The notes under the pieces: generated by a model
Database searches by the model: none
Told to the model about the DNA's origin: nothing
What the model saw: only the letters and a program-made list of their open reading frames with translations
Part shown: positions 26,866-40,138 of the stretch, in pieces
Layout of the letters: each line of letters opens with the position of its first letter
Position numbering within the stretch: the stretch's first letter is position 1
Assembly: GCA_963514005.1 (NCBI GenBank)
Contig: OY740790.1
Span: 55,490,001-55,554,000 of the forward strand
Source of the DNA: Raja brachyura
Lineage: Eukaryota
Reading direction: 5' to 3'
DNA length: 64,000 nt
Program-made: the position numbers and the translations under genes

Positions 26866-27734
26866 GTGACTGATAAGGTTGATTTGTTGCATAATATCAA
26901 AAATTGAGTGTGCAAGACCAGGGTGAAGAGAAATGCAATAATCATATTTCGAAAGTGACAATAAGTATGGAGAAGCGCATCATGATGCTCATTGTGAAGA
27001 GAAAGATCAGTTTCCAAGGTTTTAACTCAAGATAGTGATATAAACATTAGTTTTGATCTGATAATCAGATAAATCATTCATCTTGCTGATGTTGAACATG
27101 AGTACATTGGGCAGGTTTATCAAAGGTGCAGAGAGTATGTTACCAGAGCACACGAGGAAAATCTTAAGTGACTATTAGTAAGTTGTATTTGGTAGGCAAA
27201 AAGGAGTGGCCGAGGGTAGATAATGCGCAGCAGTTTATGCTTATTGTTAGGGTTCTCTTGTTCTTGGTGTGGAGAATGTCTAGTATGAAAACCTGATTCG
27301 GCAGAGCTAACCCTGCGGCTGCAAAAATAACCAGATGGTGGCTGCTTTAGAAGGCAACAAGACCTTCAAGACTGTATAAAAGACAGAATGAGGATTAAAG
27401 AGTTTAAAGGAGTAGATAACGACTGTGATTAGGGAGGACAGAATCTCGGGAAAACAAAACTATTTATAATTTCAACTATCGCATAACCAGCATTTACTTT
27501 ATTGGGATTGGTGAAAAAAAGGGACAATGTACCCCGTGGATTAGACAAGCTTCAAGATGGCATGAAAGGAGATGAGAGAGAAAAGAAAAAGTTGCGGTTC
27601 AGTACTTTTTGGGTTTGTGAAAATAAATAAACAGTAAAGAAAGCTACTGGCTAATCTAAATCAAAGCGACAAGGCCTAGACGCTACTGTTATCTGTTGCT
27701 AGTCTGGTTAAAATTGATACAAACAGCGATTGAA

Positions 27735-27965
27735 AAGGATAACCCCTGACACCCATACTAATCAGGAATCTATTTATCTCAGCCTTAAAAATATCAATTG
27801 ACTTGGCCTCCACAGCCTTCTGGGGGAATGAATTCCACAGATTCAGCACCTTCTGACTAAAGAAATTCCTCTGCATCTCCTTCCTAAAAGGAACGTCCTT
27901 TAATTCTGAGGCTATAAACTTTAGCCCTAGCCTCTCCCACAAGTGGAAACATCCCTCCACATTTA
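27735..27965 (-). mobile_element. CR1 LINE fragment
   Basis: RNFFSQKVLNLWNSFPQKAVEAKSIDIFKAEINRFL. Confidence 0.85.
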
Positions 27966-29951
27966 TGGTTGAGTGCCATTGAGTTGGTTTTGAATCCAGT
28001 TGACACATTCGACTAACCTTTTCCAAAGTTCAGCTATCCTTTGAAGTTGTTACAGAGACATACAAACGTTTTTCTTTAATCTCGTCTTTTCATTTTGTCT
28101 GCTGTATCTTCTTCCTATTCTCTTCCACTTTGCAAAACATGATAGAGACCATGAAAAATGGATGGTCTAAATTTCAAATTGGTGGTCTAAGAATTCAATT
28201 AAATAGTTGAAGGTAAACATGCTTCCCGGGCTTGGCAGAGTTCCGGAAAATTATGAAAATACAGAAAATGCCAAATCTTACAGTGATGTTGGTCCAATCA
28301 GGCAATGTTTGTGAAGGGAGAAGAGATAACTTTTCAGATTGATGGCCTTTCAGTTGATGATCACTTCAGGAGAACTGTCCCATTAGTAGACATGGTACAG
28401 GAAGAATATGATATAAAAAGTCCAAGATTTAAAATTACATGTGAAAAGAGTTAACTTGCAGTATTCACAAACCAGCATGTGGATTCAAAGGATGTGTAAA
28501 GAAATATAATTCATTTTATGACCAACTTTTCTAATCCACAATTTGACAGTAATACATCAAATTTCTGGTTGATTTTTATGGCCTCGGAGTGTGACAGGTT
28601 TAAATGGCCAATTCTCTTACAACGCAGAGGATTTTAAATGATCTCTAGCAAATGTCAACTTGCTTTCTTTCACGCTTTCATAAAGTTCAGAATTCACATC
28701 TGTACAAAGCCTGTGGGAACAGCAATGTTCTTAACATTCTTACTGAAAGTTGAAAGCCTCTAGCCACAATACATATGTATCAAAAACACTGCTGCTGGAA
28801 TCTGAAAAAGAAATCCCGCACAACTCTGGAAGTGTTGATCTGGGAAGAAGATGACATGTTGGAAATGGACTAAGTTTTAAATTGTTAAGAATGGGGAGAA
28901 GGAAGGAGATGAATGAGATCTGAATCCCAGAAGAGAGGGAAAAAATGTATGACTGCTGGATAAACAAAACGAGTGGTGCTGACTATCTGAAATTGTTGAG
29001 CCGTCAAGGATGTTATGTTAAGTTATAAGATGAGAAGTTGTTACCAGCAGACACATTTGTCCCTCTCCTCCTTTTCCACGATCCAAAGGGAACCATTTCC
29101 TTTAGTTTGGTTTACTTGGGAGATACAGCGCCGAAACAGGTCCTTCGGCCCACCAAGTCCATGCCGACCAGTGATTTGAAAATTATAATGTATAACTTGT
29201 TCGACATCTATTTTTTTCCAGCTCTGATGAAAGTTTATCAACTTGAAACACTGACTTTCTGTTTTCATTTTACACGTTGAGATTTAGACATCATGCTTCA
29301 GAAGAGAGCTTGAGAGGATTTATCTAGTACATGTAAAGAGAATGAACCAATAAGGAAATGCCAAGAGAGCTAACTGCAGGATAAGTACTAGAATCAAGGA
29401 AACGTTCTGCCCACTGACAACTGCTGACAAAAGAATAATGGCTTCCTGGGCACATCCACTTCAAGCTTGCATGGGATTTTCACATTTGACATTAGCATTT
29501 GTTAATTCTCAAGGCTTAGTGTCAGTCTTAACTGACAAGAAGCACTGCTGACTGAGTCAGAAGGCTGTTGAACCATTTCACGACATAACAAGGCTGACAC
29601 TTTATGACCATATTTTTGGATATTAATGTCAGGGCCCTGCTGGTAATGTGCAATATTCTATCCCGCTATATGTAGTAAATCAAGGATGTTGTTTAGTGCT
29701 TTGGGGCACGTCTTCCCTCAACCAATATAATTAAAATGTATCTGATATTATTTATGGGGCAATGTACATAAATAGGCTACTTTTCTCTATAAATTATAAT
29801 ATAGTAAATAAAGCAACATCTACTGGTTTAAATTTTCCACTGGCTCATCTAAGAAACCATTTCTACTGTTACCTAAAAAACTTGTTAAATACCATATGAA
29901 ATGAACAGCACATCTAAAGTGATACCATAAGCGAGACAAGGAACTGACAAT

Positions 29952-30084
29952 CAGTCTGAAGAAGGTCTCGACCCGAAACGTCACCCATTGCTTCTCTTCA
30001 GAGATGCTGCCTGTCCCACTGAGTTTCTCCAGCATTTTGTGTCTATCTTCGGTTTAAACCAGCATCTGCAGTTCCTTCCTACAC
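29952..30084 (+). mobile_element. Short Penelope-derived hammerhead-motif element (longer 3' variant)
   Basis: ctgaagaaggtctcgacccgaaacgtc; 10-bp TSD aactgacaat at 29942-29951 and 30085-30094. Confidence 0.85.
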
Positions 30085-30982
30085 AACTGACAATTATTAA
30101 TTGTTGCCATATATATAATGCCATGATATTAACATCATGCAACCAAAATTTATATTCTTATTTTAAAACATCATCTGCTTAAAAATGTCTGATCTGTTAT
30201 ACTGCGAATCTTGCACTTACCCAAAGCAAAAACAAGGAGGGTCCAAAAACATGTACAGATGAACTAACAATCTGCATTCTGTCCACTGCTGACTTGCAAG
30301 CAAGTCTGGAAAGGAGACCAAAATCAAGACCTATTGTATTACCTCTTATTTTTGACTGCGCACAGAATTGGTGTGTTAAAATCTAGTGTGAATGATAAAA
30401 GAAATGGGATGACATTTATCTAATAAGAAATTTATAATGTTCTAAATGGATCTAAAATAATAAATAACATAACTAGTAATGTTCAATTAGGAAAGATCAC
30501 TTACAAAGATGACATAATAAATAAATATCTAACAAAAGCACTTACTTTGAAAGGATTAAATGAATTAAATTGAATAATTCCATTATTTACTATGCCAACA
30601 AAAGTTCGGAGACCTCAATTTTGGTATCTTAAAAAGTGTCCATTCAGATCTACCTTTGATAAAATAGAATCTCAGGAGCGAAAAAAACCTCAAAGACAAA
30701 AAACCCAAAATGGAATCAAGGCATCCTTAATTTAGGTATATAATATTGTGATTGCTTTGAACAGAAAAGGCAATCCGTTTCTTTAGTAGACATGTGCTTG
30801 GAATACTACAAATGATTTCAACAGGTTGTAATTCTCACCTATAAAAAAACAATATTGTCCTCAAATAATATCTTCATTATTCAAACACAAAAGCATTCAG
30901 GCCCAGAAAACTTCTCACTAGCAAATACATTTACAGAAGCATGACTTCATGTGGGTCGAATGGGAAAAAATGCATTTCCTAC

Positions 30983-31093
30983 CTCTGACGTACAAGTTGG
31001 CTGGAGCAGAGTAACGTGTTCCAGCACTGTTAGTTGTTACGCATTCGTATTTGCCCTGGTCGGACTCTTCGCTGTTCTCAATCTGCAAGGCAC
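30983..31093 (-). CDS. PTPRF: Ig2 second-half exon (111 nt): [37 protein letters not shown]
   Basis: Manual translation; acceptor tatgcag, donor gtagga; phase 1-1. Absent from the ORF track. Confidence 0.96.
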
Positions 31094-32002
31094 CTGCATA
31101 ACAACAGACAGACAGTTCTGGTAACTTCTAATCCATCAACATGTGATCCACCTTTGAGATACTAATGCGATGCAATGTGAAAAAGTCGTCTTCAAATGCT
31201 AACATTCAAGCCTCCTTTTTGCAGTTTCTCCCAACTTGTGAAAGAATGAAATGAAGAGACATAATTAATATGTTATTGCACCCTTGGGCTAATATCTATA
31301 ATTTTAAAATTGTTACTGTACCAACAAAGATTTTCACATATGAATTAAAAAGAAAAGTATTTCTTCGGATTATTATTTTAAATGAGCACATCTCTATAAA
31401 ATGGTAAACACTTTCATGCATGAAACTGAACTGACCTTGAAATAGATTTCCATTCTCCCCACTAACCTCAGCCAACTTCACAATTCCATACTTGAATGGG
31501 TCTTATCCAACTTAATAAACATGAACGAGTTTTGTTGACACCACATACATGCCTTGTGTTTTTAACCTTGGCCTACACTGAAACAGCACCCTTATGTAAC
31601 TAATACTTCAACTCATACATGATGAATGATCAAGAAGTTTTATGCAGTTACATGAAATGTGTGATGGATACTCCACTACTTACTTCACAAATGTGAAAGC
31701 TTGTATAATGATTCTTATGCCACAAGTTATTTTCAATGTAAAATGGGATTTTGATAAACATAGTTACTTTTTCAAGACAACTTTGCCAAAAAATATCTTG
31801 AACTTATGTGGTACAGAAATGTTTTTACTTGCCATCATATTTAATACAACATAAAATGTATTGAATAAAACTAGATAACCACTACTTAAATGATTTTTTA
31901 TAGCCAAAATTGGGAAAACAGTTTAACTGCATCTGGGTGACCACAGATTTGTTTCTCAGAAAAATGAAATCAGCAATACAAAATATGTATAAGCACGTTT
32001 CT

Positions 32003-32140
32003 GGAGGAGATTCACTGTGATGGATATTTGTGTAAATTGTGTTGTGTCTTGGTTCTTTTTCTTGTTTGTATGACTGCAGAAACTAAATTTCGTTTGAACC
32101 TCAACGAGGTTCAAATGACAATAAATGGTATTGTATTGTA
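32003..32140 (+). mobile_element. LINE/SINE 3' end with hairpin and (TATTG)n tail (Rex-like)
   Basis: Hairpin tttgaacctc-aac-gaggttcaaa, then tgacaataaa and tattgtattgtat. Confidence 0.55.
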
Positions 32141-32185
32141 TGGTTTCGCTTGGGCAACTTGCAACCCAGTGGCATGAATATTGAG

Positions 32186-32710
32186 GGTACACAAAAAGCT
32201 GGAGAAACTCAGCGGGTGCAGCAGCATCTAAGGAGCGAAGGAGACAGGCGACGTTTCGGGTCGAGACCCTTCTTCGGGTCTCTTTCGCTCCTTAGATGCT
32301 GCTGCACCCGCTGAGTTTCTCCAGCTTTTTGTGTACCTCCGATTCTCCAGCATCTGCAGTTCCTTCTTTAACAACGGTATGAATATTGATTTTGCTAAGT
32401 AATCCCTGCATTCCTTCTCTCTCCATCCCTCCCCCACCCAAGTCGTACCAGCTTCAAAGTCGTCTTGTTGAGTCTCATTGTCTGTACTTGTTCTCACCTA
32501 ACAAACAGCTAACAATGGTTTGTTTCCTTTATCATCATTATTTTTTTAATATCTTTCACTCATTTGTTCTATTTCTCTCCACATTGCCGTTCAGATCTCT
32601 TGTTTCCCTTTCTCAGTCTGAAGAAGGGCTTCGACCCGAAACGTCACCTATTCCTTTTCTCCAGGGATGCTGTCTGAACCGGTGAGTTACTCCAGCTTTT
32701 TGTGTCCATC
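32186..32710. mobile_element. Composite Penelope-like insertion: 60-bp-arm palindrome plus plus-strand 3' segment with hammerhead motif at about 32618
   Basis: Inverted arms 32186-32245 and 32278-32337; ggtatgaatattgattt matches the GIY-YIG ORF end. Confidence 0.85.
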
Positions 32711-35700
32711 ATGCATAAGTATGTTGGTTTAAAAAATGCAGACTTGTTTTGGGTTTCCCAATTTCATTGACATTTTTACAAAATGTGGCCCAACAGTACA
32801 ATAAATGAAATATTGACTGCAGTGTTAGCAATTTGGTTAGATCAATCCTTAGGAAACTTCCACTTAGTCAGCAATAAACATTCCTGATGCTGTTTGATCT
32901 GTAGCAGGCCTATGTTATAATCCTGCGACCAAAACTATGCTACTACTTACAAAAGGAGTCATAATTTTATTTAATTTTATTCTATTTTTTACAGACAAAA
33001 TTATAAAGGAAATTACAACACCCAATATACAATTTAAAATATTTTATAAATAACAGCGAAACTGAACTTTGATGGCACGTGAAGAGCTATTTCATTTGGG
33101 AACAACTAAAAATAGCTTGGAACAAGTTGCTGAATCCAAACCATTCTGGAAAAAAAATAGTAAAGACCAAATTTGGGACCCAAACTTTGCATCAACAAAA
33201 AGATGAATAATTTCTCAACATTATTTTGGATTACTTTGGATTCGCTCCCTGAATGCCGACTCTCCCAGACCTTTTGTAAAATTTCTATAATTCCCAAATA
33301 CCTCTGTCATGATTATATTGTTTAAAGGAATACAAATATTCAATGCCATGCATCCTCAAATGCACAGAGAAAATGGTGTTTGGGCATGAAATGGCATTCG
33401 TGAGGTTAGATTAGATTAGATTAAGCTCAATGAACCGTTTCATGGTCATCAAGGCCTATCAAGAATATTTGCCATCTGCAACCAGGTGCAGGAACTGGTA
33501 TTTAAAAAATGGTTGTAGTATAAAGGATCATTAACAGCCTTAATGAGACTTTTGTATTTTCCTCATGAGCCATTTTGCATTTAGAGATTGCCAAAATGTT
33601 ATCAATATGAAGCATTTTTGAGTCATGAGTGTAAGAATCGGGAACTGGGTCTCAATTTATCTGACATATGAACTTGTTGCCATTATATCATCCTGGATGG
33701 TTAAAAAATCAAATACTAAAACATGAAAGAAACTGATAGGAATTGAACTAATATCTCCAAATCTCTCCTCACTAAAATGTAACCTCATTTCCATTATTTC
33801 CTTGTTTAAGTTTTTTTACCATTTTAATGGTTAAGTGCACATGTGGATGTTAATAAGGTGAAAACAAATGTCTAGGATTTGCATCAGAACTAAAATAAAT
33901 TGGACAGGTCACCCCTTCTATTCCTTATAAACAGGACATTTTTTGCTGATTATCTGCGACTATAAATAAGCAGAAAAGCATTTGCCCTTTATAGAAACAT
34001 TCACAACTATTATTTCTGCCCACATCCCTGTTGAAAAAGAAAATTGGTATAGTATTTGTAAGGTTAACTGAAACCTCACACTACTGCACATAACTCAGTA
34101 TGTTATTTCCAGGTCTGTGAATTTCCTTTAAACAAATGAAATATTTTTATAACCAAATGGCTAACGGTGATACTGCATTATCAGAGATTTAATCCACTTC
34201 TTCACAAATTAACCCTGCATTGAATTAGTGCATGAAGAAACTGCAAATTTCAAAACAATATTCGCAATTTTAAAAACATTGTTAAAGAACCTGCTGATTC
34301 ACTGGAGATTATTTGTCATCCTTAATTTGGCTCTTATCACTGAGGGCATTGTAACTGTATTCGGTTGTTAAATAACACATTTAACAGCACAGTTAATATA
34401 TACGGTTATTATATTATTATGACAATTCCATCAATACATTTCCTTTATAAGTTATTTTGTCTTAATTTAAACAGACCTACTCTTTTAATTCATGTAATGC
34501 ACATCTCAATTTATTAAAATTCATGAGAAATATTTTAATGTTTTAATGAAATGGGATGATTTAATTGGCAATGCTTGATTTTATTAATGGTATAAAAATG
34601 GTGATTGAATAGCTCTAATGCCTAGATACTTTAATGTCACCAGGAGATAGAACACTGTTGCTTGACCCCAATTCTGTACTACAGGTATGAATTACATCTT
34701 CCTCGGAGATTACATATACAGTTTCAGCTGCTGATAATATGAAATTCACATTACAATTTGGTACACCGTGAAACTACAGACTGATTTTTTCCAATATATG
34801 TTGAATGTTTTGTGTGTTTGTGTGCGTGTGTGCGTGTGTGTGTGTGCGCGCGTGTGTGTATCATATATACATTCTGGGTGGGCAACCACATTTTTATGAA
34901 GCCATGTTTGCACAACAGATACTGCAAACCAGTCATGTTGAACTCTTATGAATGTGGTTAAAACTAATGTTTTACAATCTCTGCAATAATTCACATTTTT
35001 AATTAAAGAATGTGCTGGAAGCACAGTTTTCTTTAAAAAAAACCTCAATTGAATGTATTAGTGGAAAACACCAAAGAGCAGAAATGGAAGTCACTTATCC
35101 CACAGTGTTAGCACATAGGCTATCCACTTAATATTATTTACCTGTCCTTGCAAAATTTTCATTTTTCAATCAGTGATTAACTTGAAAATTAAAAGCTATT
35201 TATTAGCCACTGTGCTTACTACTCTGTTGTCTGCAGGGTACAGCAGATCCGATCGAACCCTTGTAAAAGAGAATCCTACTAACCACTTAGAAAATAAAAA
35301 CTCCCAACCTGCCCAATTATTCCTCTGATGAATATTTCAAATTTATGTTGAACAGAATATTTTGTTTACTCTACGTATTTTATTCAGTACCCACGACTTA
35401 ATTAAATCCTCATACAACTTCACAAAACAACCTTTTCTAAACACTCATCTCTCCAGTTTAGAAAAAAAACCTCTTGTCTACTTTCTGATGTTCCCTTCAA
35501 TAGTTTATATGTTAATTCTGTAAAGGAGTTTGCAATATTTATTCCACATGCATCTTATGAAAACAGATCCAATGCCGAACAAAAGAAGGCAAACTGAGAC
35601 ATTGATGGATCACCAAAGGCAAGTTACTTAAAACAGTATTAAATCGTGTCCCACTGTGAGGGGATATGTAGTTATGGCATCAGGGTTTCAACAAAATAAA

Positions 35701-37253
35701 TGGATTATTTTATTTTAAACTTATAACATCGCAGAAGGAACCCATTCAGCAACAGAGTCTGTGCAACAGACTCAGGAGAGCAATCCCATTAGTTCTATAC
35801 CCCTCTGCCTATTTCCCCTGTACCCCTGCAACGTATTCTCTCTCCCGTCTGATTCATTTTTGCCTGTGACCCACTAACCAGTAATTTACGGTAGCCAATT
35901 AACCTACCATTGCGGTCAAGGAGAGGAAGATTAGTCTGAAGCTTTGAGTTTTCCCACAGGCTGGAGATTTCAAAATAGTCAGGTGGTTTGTGATCAGTAC
36001 AGGGATAATAGAATATTAAAGCCTAAATTTTGGAATTGCAATATCAATTTAAAGCTCAGGGGAAGGAAGACTGAAAATAAACATCTGCTTCAGGCTCTCC
36101 AGTGTAGCCACAGCTAAGTGGGTAGGCATCCTGGCAGGAAGATTAAATCCATAAACCTGTCAATTTTTTATTTTATTTAATCCACTGGAATTGTGGAATA
36201 TTTATTACACAAACCACATCATATGTGTAGTCAGTTTAAAACAGTCCACGTATAATTTAACGAAAAAAACATACTTTCTAGTCACCTCACTTACACTTCA
36301 TATTGTGAGTAGACTGGTGAATAAAATATCATCCTTTTCCTGATACAAATTTTATAGTGCATGATGAACAGTTAAACCACCAATTTCTTAATGTCATAAT
36401 TTAGTGATGGTAACTTAATTGTTGCTGCATTTTAAAAAACTGACCATGGCCTTGTGTCTATTTTTAATACCGAGGATGTGTGAACAGATATAATGATACA
36501 AATCCTGAAGCTGAAAAATAAAATGTTCCACCATCACAGTGATCAAAGCAGCGGATTATGTCATTGGCTTTCTTTAAAATCTCATCTGAACGAACAAATA
36601 GGCTCTTATCTCATATTGCAAATTGATTTTGTTCAGATTTATTTGCATATTGACACTGGCAAATGAACCAATTTGAACCTTTGAATTTAACATGTGAATT
36701 CACTTTTGCCAAATCCTGAAAGGCTATATTGCTAAAAAAAATTAAATAAAAATGAACAGTGTATTGGTCACATAAATGATTATTGATTACACTTCAGGTT
36801 TAACATAATTATAATGGCCACTTAGAATGCTAATGCCATGGAGAGATGTTTTAAACTAGTCCAAAACATAAAATGTTGCAGCAGTTCTGTTGAATATTAG
36901 TTTTTCTTTCATAGTGGCCAGTCCTCCTGGAGACATTAAATTCCCACACACAAGAAGTTTCAGGCACATCTCCAAATTAAAAACATGTTCATCAGATTTT
37001 ATTTGGGTGATTAAGTGGTTCTGACAGATGATAATTTGCGTCCATTTTGTGTAAAAAAAGTAAAGCAATAGAAAACAAAAGCCACTGTACGCTGGAGTTT
37101 AAACATATGGGGCACGGGTTTAAAATGAGAGAAGGGGAAGGATGGGCTGAAAGCAAAGTGTTGGGGCCAAGAGAATGCAAGGAAATGAAAACATTGGAAG
37201 AAGAGGAGAAATGGAGCGTGGACGATGATTTTGAGCACGTTCAGCATTCTTAC

Positions 37254-37271
37254 CTCGGATTGGTGTACCAC
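37254..37271 (-). CDS. PTPRF: Microexon meA6 (18 nt, GTGGTACACCAATCCGAG, encodes GGTPIR)
   Basis: ctcaccag|exon|gtaaga; peptide matches the known LAR-RPTP meA6; upstream pyrimidine tract with UGC. Confidence 0.95.
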
Positions 37272-37838
37272 CTGGTGAGGTAATTTGAATGCAAATAAGA
37301 TTAAAGAGAAGTATTAGTATAGAGGAGAGAAAAAAACAAAGAAAACCAAAGGAAACAGGAAAGAATTAGATTTTTATTATATATAATATATATATATATT
37401 TCTTTCTAAGCGACAGAAAAGGTTGATGCAAAATAACATGTCAGAGCAATTTCTTAGGAAGGTTAGTAAAGCTGTTCTCAGCAGTGCAGCATCCATGTAA
37501 GTGCTTGGACATGTCCAAGTTCTGGAGTAACGATCAGTCTTCTGCTGGTTAACTCATATAAACAGCATTGTGCTGTGGGTGAAATATCAGGGAAAAAGGT
37601 TCATGTTCTTTCAACCTTTTTTGTTAAAGCATTTTCAACCATTGCATCAGATTTGAAACCTTTTCCTGGACAGCAAGAAGAATGTATAATTTGGTCAGGG
37701 TTCATTAGATGATATTTTGTGTTATTACAAGGAGCTTGTTATGAGACATGGTAGGAAAATGTGTATGGCTCAGTTAGTAGAAGAATGCCATGCACCACTG
37801 CTTTTATGCAAACTGCATTCTGAACACCAAGCACTTAC

Positions 37839-37847
37839 CAAAGGATT
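37839..37847 (-). CDS. PTPRF: Microexon meA3 (9 nt, AATCCTTTG, encodes ESF)
   Basis: ttctgtctctcagttgaacttctcag|AATCCTTTG|gtaagt; phase 1-1; correct position between the Ig2 exons; homologous to PTPRD ESI and PTPRS ETF. Confidence 0.85.
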
Positions 37848-38719
37848 CTGAGAAGTTCAACTGAGAGACAGAAAACAGAATTAAATAGAACACATCGTGC
37901 CAAGTGAGCCTTTAAAGCTATTGATAGATAGGATTTAACACAAATGGTTCATAAATTTACTATCGAATGCTTGGATCACAATTCAGGATATACCTGTATG
38001 AATTGAGTTGGCACAATGAAAAACTAAAAGCCTTTTATCTTAAATAAATTATGTAAAAGTAAACAAACATATTATCATTTAACCTGTAACAAGAATAATG
38101 GCATCTTGCAAATATCTGCATGTCAGTTACCTGAAGAGATTTTAATAAATTTAAAAGGACACGATGTAACATTTAAGTTATTTCTTAATTTCTTCCCATA
38201 GTGTACAAAACAATTGGAAATATTTTACACAACTAAAATAAATTAGTAGCTTTGACAACAATTCTCTTGAACATGTTTATGTTTTATTTCTAAGAATAAT
38301 ACAGCAAACTAGACATGTATTTTTTTAACCTCAGTATCTTCCACTGCCAATACTTTCATTTAGTTTTGCTTGCCAGAAGGTTAATTCCCAAACAGTTTCA
38401 CAAAGCAATGCCTGGTTTGGCGAGGAAAATTATCTAGATTTGCATATCAATTACAACGCTGCAGACATAAATTTGCAGGGGAAACAGAGTAGGTTTATGA
38501 TACTTCCATAGTTGAACAGCTTGCTAATATTTACCCTCTAAATTTAAACATGAATAGACTTGTTATACCACAGATACACAAAGACAAGCAGGCCCCAGAT
38601 TCAATTCAGTCTTTGTCGCTTTACCTGTTCTCTCCCAGGGTGGTAGTTTAAGTTAAGACTCGCCCCAGCATTTCAGATTTGGAATAAGGGGTTCACAGAC
38701 ACACTTTTTTCAAAACCAA

Positions 38720-39062
38720 ATATAGGGTACAAAATCATGAGCGGACCAGGTAGATCAGGTAGATGCACAGTTGGGGAATCGAGAACCAGACATAGGTTAA
38801 AGGTGAAAGTGGAAAGATTTAATTGGAATCTGAGGGGTAACTTTTTCAAAGAAAAGGTGGATCGAGCTGCCAGAGGAAGTGATTGATGCAGGTACTATCA
38901 CAATGTTTAAGAATCGTTTAGACAGGTATACGGATTGGACAGCTTCAGAGGGATATGGGACAAATGTAGGCCGGTGGAACTAGTGCAGTTGGGACATGTT
39001 GGCTGGTGTGGTGAAATTGGGCCAAAGGGCTCATTTCCACATTGTAAGACTATGACTCTAAA
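38720..39062 (+). mobile_element. CR1 LINE 3' fragment
   Basis: gaggggtaactttttca...gagctgccagaggaagtg...atgactcta. Confidence 0.75.
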
Positions 39063-40138
39063 TAAGCAGGATTGTATTAGAAAAGAGGATTTGGGGATCC
39101 ATGCTATAAATTTCTGTAACATGTATTCAAAGTAACGAGTGATCTAAAAGTGAGAGTGCTTATAGAAGAAAGGAACACTATGCCTCGAGGAGTGTTTAAG
39201 TCGTCCTAAGATTAATTTAATTATACATATATTTTCATGAACTATTGCAATTGTTTCAGAGGCAGCCTCATTTCATTGTTTATTGATCATTTTCAAGAGC
39301 TACCAGAAAAATAATCTCATCTATTGACACTGCATCTTTCACGTAGTTATAAACAAAATTCTACCTAAAAAAGCTAAACTGAAAGAATAATTTCATGCCT
39401 AAAAATTAAATTAAATTAAATCCATTCGTGCCATTTTTTGGACAAGTGTTTAGCATACGATAATGGCCATATTTTGCAGTGTCTGATGAGTTTCCCGGTA
39501 AAATCCTACATAGAGGGAAACTGTACTATATACTTCTTGCACAATTAATCCCATCACTGCAGATTATTGCCCCAATCACAGGTCTTGTCCCTCTGGTGAT
39601 TGTGGATGTTCCTTTGTTAAAGAGCTTTGAAATTTACCCTCCCTCTCTATCTTCTCTTCCACACGGATTGATTTCACATTCTCACTCTCTAAACGCCTCC
39701 TCCCACTCTTTCCCTAATCTCATGGACAATCTGTGTAGCTGTCTGCAGAGAAAGCTCTTCAACAGCACTGGCCTGCTTCCCATGGGTCAGTATGTAAACT
39801 CCAGCTGCAAGTCCAGCAAGCAGCTCTCTGTATAAGATATACAGGTTGGGTTTGAAGCTTACAAAATATACAAAGTGTGCCCATAAAGCATGGATGTCCC
39901 AATTATATGAATATTGATGCTAACATTAAAACAGATTTCACCCAACTAAAATGTGAGCAATCAAATATGTTGGTAAAAATTCATGTGGAAAAAGACATTC
40001 AAATATAAAAATCTGCCTGCATTTTTTACTTCTGCTCAGTTTAGTTTGATGTCTTGCCTCATTCTGAATTATTTATTTTACTCATTTTTAATTCTTTCAA
40101 AAAATGTAGACTGGGTGTTCTATATTCATTCAAATATA

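Noticed and set aside
38122-38160. ctcttcag|gtaact possible recursive site upstream of meA3
   Set aside because: Short pyrimidine tract; single motifs like this are expected by chance in 64 kb.
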